DNA from: an uncultured Verrucomicrobiae bacterium
GTDB lineage: Bacteria; Verrucomicrobiota; Verrucomicrobiia; Chthoniobacterales; JAFAMB01
Direction: 5' to 3'
NCBI GenBank assembly: GCA_963762565.1
Contig: CAVXLD010000007.1
Span: 320,001 to 384,000, forward strand
Length of the DNA stretch: 64,000 bases
Made by a program: the position numbers and the translations under genes. The notes under the pieces were generated by a model. That model was not told the DNA's origin and made no database searches. It worked only from the letters and a program-made list of their open reading frames with translations. Positions 19,728 through 28,229 of this stretch are shown here, one piece after another. The stretch's first letter is position 1; every line of letters starts with the position of its first letter.

Positions 19728-20092
19728 ATATGACAGAACATTCCTTTGCTGAAGAATCGAAACCTACTGCGGCCTGGCTTTGGCAGGTATTCACCGGGGT
19801 CGGACTTGTAGTCCTGCTTGGGCTGCACATGATCGCTAACCATTTCGTGGCTAAAGGTGGGTTACGCGATTACGCCGCCGTGGTCTCCTACCTCCGGAAC
19901 CCGGTCGTTTTGACGCTTGAAGTACTCTTTCTCATTTGTGTAACCACTCATGCCTTGCTTGGCGTTCGGGCAATTTTTCTCGACTTTGGTCTGAACCAGC
20001 GCGCCGAGAAACGATTGACTAAGATTCTGAACATCGTCGGGGTTCTCACTGTCGGTTACGGGTTAGTGGTGATGTGGTTTGTTATCCGGTAA
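19724..20092 (+). CDS. sdhD: SdhD-type membrane anchor
   Basis: WLWQVFTG...LHM...HALLGVRAIFLD. Confidence 0.85.
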   Translation: MNMTEHSFAEESKPTAAWLWQVFTGVGLVVLLGLHMIANHFVAKGGLRDYAAVVSYLRNPVVLTLEVLFLICVTTHALLGVRAIFLDFGLNQRAEKRLTKILNIVGVLTVGYGLVVMWFVIR

Positions 20093-20280
20093 TGTTTGTC
20101 CTCGAGGGACCGAATGAAGGTAGCCAGAAATCGCGGCGAGTCCTTTGCTTCGGGCGACGCAACGGTTCTCATCAGCCTGACGCAGGCAATCCAAGATCGA
20201 TGTTCCACAATCGATGGTTAGTTCGGTCGCAATGCCTCCGTACAATTAGCTCATCAAGTTTATCACCACGGAGCCCATCT

Positions 20281-20754
20281 ATGAAAAGTTTAGTTTCCCA
20301 AGAGCCGGTTACGCACATCCAACCGTTTATTCGGAGGGTCGTAGTCGCAGTCGATTTAACCGCCCGTTCCACCACCACCTCCGAGTATGCAGTCAAGATC
20401 GCTAAATCCTTTGGTGCCTCGCTGCTATTCGTTTACGTCCATCCCATGGAAACTATGTTCAACTTTGTCATGAACGGTGGCTACGATCTGATCGACGAGG
20501 AGCAACTAAATCGGCGATATGCGCTCAGTAACCTGGTGGAAGCGGCCTGCAAAGAATATCCCTTCTGTACCTCCACTTTTTTGGTTGGCGATCCCGCTGA
20601 AGAAGTTGCTAAATATGCCCAAGAGACGGACGCCGATCTAATCGTAGTGGCTAGCCACCATCCGAATGTCCTGGCGAGCTTACTTCATCTCGACCAAGCT
20701 CCCAAGATGATCCATCGAGCGCCGTGTCCGGTGTTGGTTTATCAGACAGAGTGA
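20281..20754 (+). CDS. Universal stress protein
   Basis: VVVAVDLT...GDPAEEV...DLIVVASHHP...DQAPKMIHRAPCPVLVY. Confidence 0.9.
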   Translation: MKSLVSQEPVTHIQPFIRRVVVAVDLTARSTTTSEYAVKIAKSFGASLLFVYVHPMETMFNFVMNGGYDLIDEEQLNRRYALSNLVEAACKEYPFCTSTFLVGDPAEEVAKYAQETDADLIVVASHHPNVLASLLHLDQAPKMIHRAPCPVLVYQTE

Positions 20755-20757
20755 AAG

Positions 20758-21024
20758 AAGTGAGAAGTGAGAAGTGATTGGTAGAGTGCGCCGACGCCGT
20801 TGAGTGACATCGTTTGATTACTCCAACGCTCACTACTCCCCGCCGATCCCCCGATTCACCGTCCCCCCTGACGCTTACCAATCACTAATCACCAATCACT
20901 AATCACCAATCACTAATCACTTCTCACCTCTCACGCCTACTTCTCCCCGGCTAGCGCTTCGAATCCAGCGATCATAACTGCGAACAGCGAACGGTGAACG
21001 GTGAACCGCCAACCGCCAACCGCG
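20758..21024. repeat. Heptamer tandem arrays (AAGTGAG; ACYAATC/ACTTCTC; AACCGCC-type)
   Basis: 20758-20782 is complementary to part of 20877-20934; a third array lies at 20976-21024. Confidence 0.85.
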
Positions 21025-21070
21025 AAGCCCACCAACCCGCGGTTAAGCTCGAACAACCGCGGGTTGGTGG

Positions 21071-22483
21071 ATGTCCAAGGATCAGCCACACTTATCCACC
21101 GTGAAAAAGCACTATCAATTAGCAGTTGTGGGATCCGGATCCGGAGGTCAGGAGGCCGCGCTGGCTGCGGCAAAGGAAGGAATATCCGTGCTTTTAGTTG
21201 AAAAAGCGACTCTGGGCGGGACCTGTCTTCATCATGGCTGTTACCCTGTCCGAGCGCTGCGGGCGTGCGCGGAAGCAGCCAAGGATCGCCAGCTAAGCTC
21301 GAAATTCGGCCTGGAAAACGGTGGTAGCATGGTGGGTTTAGAAAAATGGCTTACCATTCAACGGCGAGTTAGCGCTCGCTTGACCCAAGATATAAACAAT
21401 CAACTCGAAAAAGCCGGCGTCACAATTCGGTTTGCCAAAGCTTCGCTCACCTCCCGGAATGAACTTCGGATAGCCAGCAGCCATGGCGAGATCGAGGAGA
21501 TCAAAGCTGACTACGTCGTAGTGGCTACCGGTTCGAGGCCCGCCTTTGAACCGAGGCTGTCTGGAACACACTACGTCAATAGCGATGCCTTGCTGACTCG
21601 AGCCGAGATACCGAAACATCTACTAATCGTTGGAGGTGGCTACATCGGCTGCGAGTTCGCTTCAATATTTCGTTCCTTAGGATCCGTTGTCACCCTTGTC
21701 GAAAGGGAGAACCGGTTGTTGCCAACTTGGGACGCTTCACTAGGCAGGTATATTGCTGACTGTCTGCGTTCGGCCGGAATCAATATTTTGCTTGAGCACG
21801 ATATGGACTTCCCAAGTCCAGGCCAGACCTTGGATGAACCGCTTATTGTCCTCGAGAACGGGATCCGCATTAACCCCGACCTGGTTCTGGCTGCGATTGG
21901 ACGGAAACCGAACATCGAAGATCTCGGCCTAGAAAATTTGGGTATTGAGACCAACCCTTTTGTGGTAGTCAATGAGCAACTGCAGACCAGTTGTCCGACA
22001 ATCTTCGCTGTCGGAGACATCAATGGATTAAGTTTGCTGGACAGCTCAGCGGTAGCGCAAGCTCGCATCGCGGTGGGTGCTATTTTCGGAAGGAAAGAGC
22101 CGTTCTCAGCGCGCTGGATCCCGCGATGTATCCATACGGATCCTCCGATTGCTTCTATCGGTTGGAACGAAGAAGAGGCGAATACAGCCGGCCTTGAAGT
22201 GATTTCTCATTGTCAGACTTTCCGGTTGGTTACGGATGATGAAAGAACGGTAGTGAATCCGTTGCCGACGATGGTGAAGGTTTTACTGCAACCCGAATCT
22301 CGCCAAATCATCGGTGTACACGTCGTTGGAACCCATGCGGCGGAGATTGTCAATCTCGCATCGATAGCAGCCCGGACTGGACTGACGCTTGATCAATTAC
22401 TGCAAGTTCCCTTAGTTCACCCCAGCGCGACTGAAGTGTTCCAGGAATGCGCCAAAGGTCTGGGGAAGGTCCCGGCGGGGTAG
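21071..22483 (+). CDS. Dihydrolipoamide dehydrogenase-like pyridine nucleotide-disulfide oxidoreductase
   Basis: GSGSGG, GGTCLHHGCYP, GGGYIGCE, IFAVGD, HPSATE. Confidence 0.85.
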   Translation: MSKDQPHLSTVKKHYQLAVVGSGSGGQEAALAAAKEGISVLLVEKATLGGTCLHHGCYPVRALRACAEAAKDRQLSSKFGLENGGSMVGLEKWLTIQRRVSARLTQDINNQLEKAGVTIRFAKASLTSRNELRIASSHGEIEEIKADYVVVATGSRPAFEPRLSGTHYVNSDALLTRAEIPKHLLIVGGGYIGCEFASIFRSLGSVVTLVERENRLLPTWDASLGRYIADCLRSAGINILLEHDMDFPSPGQTLDEPLIVLENGIRINPDLVLAAIGRKPNIEDLGLENLGIETNPFVVVNEQLQTSCPTIFAVGDINGLSLLDSSAVAQARIAVGAIFGRKEPFSARWIPRCIHTDPPIASIGWNEEEANTAGLEVISHCQTFRLVTDDERTVVNPLPTMVKVLLQPESRQIIGVHVVGTHAAEIVNLASIAARTGLTLDQLLQVPLVHPSATEVFQECAKGLGKVPAG

Positions 22484-22493
22484 GGGTCAGGGG

Positions 22494-22760
22494 GTTATGA
22501 GTTATGAGTTATAAGTTATAGGTTGTGGGTTGTAGTTCGCGCCTGCAATTTTCGCTGCGGTGGCTTCCGTGGGTTGGTTCTGGTGTGTTTTCGCTATCCG
22601 CTTAATCGAGCAAGACCGGAGCTTTGTTGACCAAAACGCGGATAGCAGGTCAGAGGGGAATCCGGGAAATTCGGAATCATGAAACCAGGTACGCGACGAG
22701 AATTAATAACCCTGCACGTGGTTACCTAAAACCCATAACAGATAACCTATAGCCTATAAC
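22494..22760. repeat. Inverted pair of heptamer arrays (GTTRTRR / CTATAAC-like)
   Basis: 6 units at 22494-22535 and 5 degenerate complementary units at 22726-22760, between convergent genes. Confidence 0.85.
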
Positions 22761-23309
22761 TTACGACTTGTGATCCAATAGCAGCCTGGTCGTGACCACG
22801 CCCGCTAAACAGGTGATCCCTCCGGCAACCGCCGCCGGTATCGAGGCGGTGGTTAACAGTGGAACGTTCAGAGAGAACCAAAGTGCGGACGTAATCATGC
22901 AGCAGATCACCGCGTCCAGCCACAAGGCGGCAATACCAATTAGAACGCCAGCCAACGTGCACAGCAGCCATTTAGAAAAGACGACATTCGGAGGAGCGAA
23001 AATGTCAAAAGCAAAAAAAACAATAATCCAAGGAAGCATAAGAGGAAATCCGGCAACCGTGATCATTAGGGCAAGCGCTGCGGCAATCATCGCTGTGGAC
23101 GTTGGTGAAAATGGAAGCTGGGCATCGAAGCCGCCCAGCCCGATGATCCCTTGAATTGTTAGGGTAAGCCAAAGGGCGAATAAGCCCGTTAAGAGAGCCA
23201 GCGTGGCTCCCTGGAGCTGCTTCGTATACAAAGCTAAGCTGCTGGTCGGATGCGAACTCTTAGGTTGTGCAATGTGGTTGAATTCAGGAAGAAAATGGAC
23301 GGTGTTCAT
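22761..23309 (-). CDS. Hypothetical membrane protein
   Basis: Several long hydrophobic segments; no recognised family. Confidence 0.55.
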   Translation of the reverse strand: MNTVHFLPEFNHIAQPKSSHPTSSLALYTKQLQGATLALLTGLFALWLTLTIQGIIGLGGFDAQLPFSPTSTAMIAAALALMITVAGFPLMLPWIIVFFAFDIFAPPNVVFSKWLLCTLAGVLIGIAALWLDAVICCMITSALWFSLNVPLLTTASIPAAVAGGITCLAGVVTTRLLLDHKS

Positions 23310-23421
23310 ACTTCCGTTTATACCCGTAACCAGAGTCGCACCTCCCGCCCTTTGGCAAAGGTTCAACTTGGATTGCTTTTGCGATAGCTCGCCTGACCCG
23401 GAACGAGGACGCTTCCCCCAG

Positions 23422-23463
23422 CTACAACCTACAACTTAAAACCTATAACCTACAACCTATAAC
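23422..23463. repeat. Heptamer array (CTAYAAC x6)
   Basis: ctacaac ctacaac ttaaaac ctataac ctacaac ctataac, abutting the deacetylase stop codon. Confidence 0.9.
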
Positions 23464-24324
23464 TTAACCTCTATCCCATGCCGCGAGGAAAGTATCCACC
23501 AACATCGGTAGCAGGTGGCTGTAACCTCCCTCTAAGATGGCGGCGGTGGGTAGGCCTGTTTCTCTGAGTCGTTGGCCAAGGCCGGCAAAATGTTCAGGCT
23601 GTAACGTCATATCGGTGAGTGGATCACCAGCAAAGGCATCAAAGCCGGCTGATACCAAGAGCAGGTCAGGAATAAACTGCAGGCATCGATCCAGTGCTTG
23701 GTGGAGGGCTGACATGTGCTCAGTAGCGTCGCTGCCCGGGGAGATCGGCCAATTGAACACATTGCCGCCAGAGCTGTTGCCAGTACCTGGATAGCCCGGG
23801 TATTGGTGGACTGAGGCGAACCGGATCCGATTATTACCGGAAACAATCGCTTCCGTACCGTTACCATGGTGGGCGTCGAAATCCCAGATGGCGACTCGTT
23901 CACAACCGGTGGCGATAGCGTGTAGTGCGGCGATGGCGATCGAATTTAAATAGCAGAAACCCATCGCCTTGCTCGACGTGGCGTGATGGCCAGGGGGGCG
24001 CATAAGCGAGAAACTTTCTCGACCGCGAAGTGCCAGATCAATGGAACCAATCGCAGCTCCTGCGGCGCGGCGAGCGTGTTCGTCGATACCCGGATAGTAG
24101 GGGGTATCCGCGTCGAAATCGACGGGTTGCCGCAGCCGGTCCAGATGCTCCTGGCGGTGCCCGCGCAGGACCTCTTCCTCAGCGGCTAGTCGCGGTCTAA
24201 TCCAAGGCCAATCGGAGTGTTTATCGAGTAGATAAGCCTCGGTGTTGATCAACCGCGCCGGATGTTCAGGATGCTCATCCTGGCCAAACTCGGTCGCGGC
24301 TTTGTCATAGATCAACGTAACCAT
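23464..24324 (-). CDS. Histone-deacetylase-family (AcuC/AphA-like) Zn deacetylase
   Basis: HPEHPARL, RPPGHHA, GFCYLN, DFDAHHGNGT, SAGFDA..DPL, LEGGY. Confidence 0.95.
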   Translation of the reverse strand: MVTLIYDKAATEFGQDEHPEHPARLINTEAYLLDKHSDWPWIRPRLAAEEEVLRGHRQEHLDRLRQPVDFDADTPYYPGIDEHARRAAGAAIGSIDLALRGRESFSLMRPPGHHATSSKAMGFCYLNSIAIAALHAIATGCERVAIWDFDAHHGNGTEAIVSGNNRIRFASVHQYPGYPGTGNSSGGNVFNWPISPGSDATEHMSALHQALDRCLQFIPDLLLVSAGFDAFAGDPLTDMTLQPEHFAGLGQRLRETGLPTAAILEGGYSHLLPMLVDTFLAAWDRG

Positions 24325-24353
24325 GAATAGAAATCGATTCCGGCTGCCTGGAA

Positions 24354-24416
24354 CAAACACCTAACACCTAACACGTAAAACCTAAAACCTAAAACTTACA
24401 ACGAATAACCTATAGA
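24354..24416. repeat. Heptamer array (CTAAMAC-like, about 9 units)
   Basis: caaacac ctaacac ctaacac gtaaaac ctaaaac ctaaaac ttacaac gaataac ctataga. Confidence 0.85.
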
Positions 24417-24486
24417 AACGTCCACGTTGCCGGCGCTCACGTGGAGTCACCATATTACTCGGGACGCACGATCTGCACAGCGCCTT

Positions 24487-24777
24487 TCATATCGCGGCTC
24501 GGTGTACCAGTGATTCTTGCCGAGATAAAATTCTTTGGCACTTGAGCGCTTGCTCCGCTTCAAATTTCGCTTCACCCAGCGAGAAGTAGCCGTGAGGGCT
24601 GCCAATCAATTGGCTGTTTTCTATGCAGAAGTGTGGTCCGGCGCTGTACAGCACAAGCCACCGCCTGCAACCGACCGAACTATCGACTCGACTGAATATA
24701 AAGAGATATCCAGGCCCGCTTTTCGCGAGCCATCCGTCTTCATGTCTAGACCATTCAACTGTGTCAATCGTAATCAT
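24487..24777 (-). CDS. Hypothetical protein
   Basis: ATG ORF with a purine-rich upstream region, co-oriented with neighbours; no family recognised. Confidence 0.4.
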   Translation of the reverse strand: MITIDTVEWSRHEDGWLAKSGPGYLFIFSRVDSSVGCRRWLVLYSAGPHFCIENSQLIGSPHGYFSLGEAKFEAEQALKCQRILSRQESLVHRAAI

Positions 24778-24857
24778 TTTCTTCCGCGACCGGTGTGGGT
24801 TTTACATTATAAGTTAAGGTTGTTACCTCTATTGGTAATCAGTGGAAATTGACTTGC

Positions 24858-25091
24858 TTACAAACCATTGTCGCCGATTGCTTCAACCGGGCAATCTGCC
24901 ATTGCCTCCTGACACAAAGCTTCTTCGTCCGGTGTCTCCGGTTGACGGAAAACATAGGAGTGACCACTTGCCTCGTCGCGCCTGAAGATATCAGGTGCGA
25001 TTTCCCGGCACTGATCGCAATCAATACACTGGTCGTCCACATAGAATCGCCCTAGGGCATTTTCTTGGTATTTGTTAGTTACGTCTGCCAT
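24858..25091 (-). CDS. Single-cluster ferredoxin
   Basis: FYVDDQCIDCDQC...AP..F...CPVEAIG; acidic, 77 aa. Confidence 0.92.
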   Translation of the reverse strand: MADVTNKYQENALGRFYVDDQCIDCDQCREIAPDIFRRDEASGHSYVFRQPETPDEEALCQEAMADCPVEAIGDNGL

Positions 25092-25404
25092 ATGGTATGG
25101 ATGCGTCTGGTTCGACCGTCGTACTGCCCATGCCTTGGCCAATTGCATCCGCAGATTGATGACGCGCCTCGTTTTTGATAGGAGCCAAAGTCCGCAGAGT
25201 GTCCAGTTTACGGTTTTAGGGATTATGACTCGTTACCGGTTCAACTGGTACTTTGCTCAATCCGCAACGCGCCAGACCTAAGACCGTATCTGCGTTGATC
25301 TGTGTGATTTCACCCCGAAAGCTTTCGGGGCTGCGGATATTTCAATCTGAGGATCGGAGTTGATATCCTTGGCAAAGTCCACGGATCATGACATCAAAGA
25401 AAGC

Positions 25405-25590
25405 ATGAAAATCGGCATCGTCGGTTGTGGAATGGTGGGATCAAGTGTTGCCTTTGCCTTGGTCATGAGGGGCGTGGGTCGAGAAGTCGTCCTTAGCAGA
25501 ATTCCGTTACGTCTTGACCCTTGTGAACAAAAGGACTTAGAACGCAGCGCATCGATTGTCCACGACGCGATCGAATCCCTGCGACTCTAA
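25405..25590 (+). pseudogene. ldh: L-lactate dehydrogenase remnant (internal deletion)
   Basis: LDH N-terminus MKIGIVGCGMVGSSVAFALVMRGVGREVVL is fused directly to an LDH-like C-terminus (PLRLDPCEQKDLERSASIVHDAI). Confidence 0.8.
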
Positions 25591-25791
25591 AATAATTCCA
25601 CCAAGATACAGGTGAGAAATTATAGACATCCGCAGATTACACAGACTTACACGAAGTCTCGCTAGCGAGGTAGGACAAGAACAGCGCGGCCCTGTTGGAA
25701 CGGCTTTCTTTATCCCAGAACAAGCATTCAACCTCTAAACGAAATCTGCGGAGTCTGCGGATATTTCCACTAGTTGGCTATCGGCTATTGA

Positions 25792-26286
25792 CTATGCGGC
25801 TTCCGTTTGATAGACCAAAACCGGACAACTTGCCCGATGGAATATATGCGGCGCCTGGTCCAATCCCAAAGTCCGGGCTAAGAAGCCGGGATGATGACTA
25901 GCAGCAATGATAAGGTCCGCGTCGATGGCTTGGGCTGAGAGCACGACTTCTTCGGCGGGATCGCCGACTCGAAAATCATCATGACATTCAATGCCGGTCC
26001 GCCGGAGGTTTTCGATCAGCTTAGCTAACTTAGCTACCGTTCGGCGCCGCCCTTCCTCGAAGGCGTCGTGAGCTAGTTCGCCGGTGAATTCGGTGACCGG
26101 TTCCGGCGCGAACACGTGTACGACCGTAAGAGCCGCATCGAAGCGTTTAGCCAACTCGGCGGCGTAAGCCGCCGTCTTCTTCGATCGTGACGTCAAGTCG
26201 ATGGCCACCACGATCTTTCGTATGTTCAAGTTGGATGTACTCAACTCTTCACTCTCTGCCTCTGTTCTCGATAAAGCCTGGGACAC
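25792..26286 (-). CDS. Universal stress protein
   Basis: IVVAIDLT...GDPAEEV...ASHHPGFL...DQAP.IFHRASCPVLVY. Confidence 0.92.
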   Translation of the reverse strand: MSQALSRTEAESEELSTSNLNIRKIVVAIDLTSRSKKTAAYAAELAKRFDAALTVVHVFAPEPVTEFTGELAHDAFEEGRRRTVAKLAKLIENLRRTGIECHDDFRVGDPAEEVVLSAQAIDADLIIAASHHPGFLARTLGLDQAPHIFHRASCPVLVYQTEAA

Positions 26287-26325
26287 GTTCTGTTCCTTTC
26301 TCTAACTGCGGGTAACGCCAAGCTT

Positions 26326-26820
26326 TTACTCGGCGCCCTCGTGATAGACGAGAACCGGACAGCCGGCGCGATGCAAGATCCTCGGCGCTTGATCCAACCC
26401 AAACAAACGACCCAGGAAACCGGGATGATGGCTGGCGGTAATAATCAGATCAGCGTTCGTTTCCCGAGCCAGTTGCGTTACTTGTTCAGCGGGGTCTCCA
26501 ATGCGGAACTCCACATTGCAATCCGGATAGCCTTCACGGAGACTTTCCATTAGCGTCCGTAATCTTCGCTGAGTCGCGCGTTGCTCCTCTTCGAAGGATT
26601 CGTGAACTTCCTGAGTAGTGAATTCAGTGATGTGCTCCGTTGGGAACACGTGCACCAAAGTAATTGACGCCGCAAAACTTCTGGCAAACTCAACCGCATA
26701 AGCCGCCGTCTTTTCAGAGTGCGGCGACAGGTCGACCGCCACCACAATCGTTTTGATATTCAAGTCGTATTCGCTCGATATATCTTTTTCTGTTTCTCTT
26801 TGTTCTAGGATTTCGTTCAT
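26326..26820 (-). CDS. Universal stress protein
   Basis: IVVAVDLSPHS...GDPAEQV...ASHHPGFLGRLFGLDQAPRILHRAGCPVLVY. Confidence 0.92.
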   Translation of the reverse strand: MNEILEQRETEKDISSEYDLNIKTIVVAVDLSPHSEKTAAYAVEFARSFAASITLVHVFPTEHITEFTTQEVHESFEEEQRATQRRLRTLMESLREGYPDCNVEFRIGDPAEQVTQLARETNADLIITASHHPGFLGRLFGLDQAPRILHRAGCPVLVYHEGAE

Positions 26821-26915
26821 ATCGTCTCCTAACCTTTTCTCTGTGTGACTGTAGATTACTGGATGGGTGCTTACTGATCCTTTATTGACCAAAGCAGCAC
26901 GCTGGTTGCCGTGAT

Positions 26916-27425
26916 TCAGCCTCGCCCACAGGCCAATTTCTCTGGTGCTTCGTGATAGACCAAAACCGGACAACTAGCCTGATGTAAAATCCTTGGCGCC
27001 TGATCCCAGCCGAACAGCCGAGTCAGAAAAGGTGGGTGATGGCTTGCTGTAATGATCAGATCAGCGCCCAAATCCTGTGCTAGCCCTGTGATCTGTTCAG
27101 CCGGATCACCGTTTCGAAATCGCATGTCACAATTTTCGTAAGTCTGCCGGATCTTTCTGACCAATTCGCCGAGCTTTCGCTCGGTCTTGTGTCGTTCCTC
27201 CTCCGCAGGCGTCTCATTGGCGTTGTGCGTTCTTACCGGCTCGGTGTTGAAAACATGTACCAGTGTGATCGAAGCGCCGAAGCTCTTAGCAAAATCCGCT
27301 GCATAGGCAGCGGTCCTCTCTGAATGCGGAGATAGATCCACCGCAACGACGATCCTCTTAATGTTAAGGTCGTCCATGCTTGTCTCTTTGGCGTTTGTTG
27401 CTGATTGCTCTAAGACTTTTTTCAT
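26916..27425 (-). CDS. Universal stress protein
   Basis: Close paralog of the two adjacent USPs with the same motifs. Confidence 0.92.
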   Translation of the reverse strand: MKKVLEQSATNAKETSMDDLNIKRIVVAVDLSPHSERTAAYAADFAKSFGASITLVHVFNTEPVRTHNANETPAEEERHKTERKLGELVRKIRQTYENCDMRFRNGDPAEQITGLAQDLGADLIITASHHPPFLTRLFGWDQAPRILHQASCPVLVYHEAPEKLACGRG

Positions 27426-27518
27426 GATCTTCCTTCTGTCTTTGATATGAGCAAAGCTAGGGCAGCAATCGTTCTAACGCTGACCCGCCATTGCTCAAAG
27501 CCAGTCCTGTTTTGCTGA

Positions 27519-27965
27519 TCATACGAGAAAAGCCCATCTCGCTTCATCCTCGATTCTGTCCCTGATCTCCGGCCATAAGGTCCCAAAAAAACCCTCTACG
27601 GCTAAATACCGAATTAACGCCGCTTCGCGCTCAGGGGTTAAGGGACGGCAGCTTGCCAATCGAAATTGCTTTTTCCCGTCTGGGGATTCGCTTTCGTATG
27701 CGACGAGGTAGTAGCCATGAAGTTGAATGGAACCCAATTCGACACCGTTTATTTCCATTGGTAGTCCATCTTCTTCAGTCGCGATCAGGAACAATCTAAA
27801 TCCAATGATGCACAGGGTAACTCCCCCGAGCCCAAGAGCGAGATTCACCGCCAAACAAACAGAGCTTTCCCAGTTTAGTATGCCGATTAGGACGAAACCG
27901 CTGATTAAACTTAAAAATCCGCCACAGGTGTGCAAGAGAACCCATTTCTTTTTACGTTTTTGCAT
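27519..27965 (-). CDS. Hypothetical membrane protein (two N-terminal TM segments)
   Basis: Basic N-terminus, two hydrophobic helices, soluble C-terminus. Confidence 0.5.
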   Translation of the reverse strand: MQKRKKKWVLLHTCGGFLSLISGFVLIGILNWESSVCLAVNLALGLGGVTLCIIGFRLFLIATEEDGLPMEINGVELGSIQLHGYYLVAYESESPDGKKQFRLASCRPLTPEREAALIRYLAVEGFFGTLWPEIRDRIEDEARWAFLV

Positions 27966-28229
27966 GGTCTGCTATCGGTTAAATTCTTTTGTCTTTGTGT
28001 TCTTATGTGTTCGAAAATCAAACGGCTTGGTGGAATTAAAAACGACTGACCATACATGCCGGCTGAACAGCGCGCTGCGCGTCTATTGTTCGATATGCCG
28101 CGGATTTTGGTCTAGCAGGCTGCTGAAGAGAACGAAGGGGATTGCTTTGTCCGCCAGGGACTAACCGACGTTAGTCTGTTATGGCGCCAAGCGGTCGCTA
28201 TCAGGTCAAACCCACCCTATTCAATAGTC

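Noticed and set aside
14518..24416. Repeat arrays as CRISPR
   Set aside because: The units are contiguous 7-mers with no unique spacers, and there are no cas genes.
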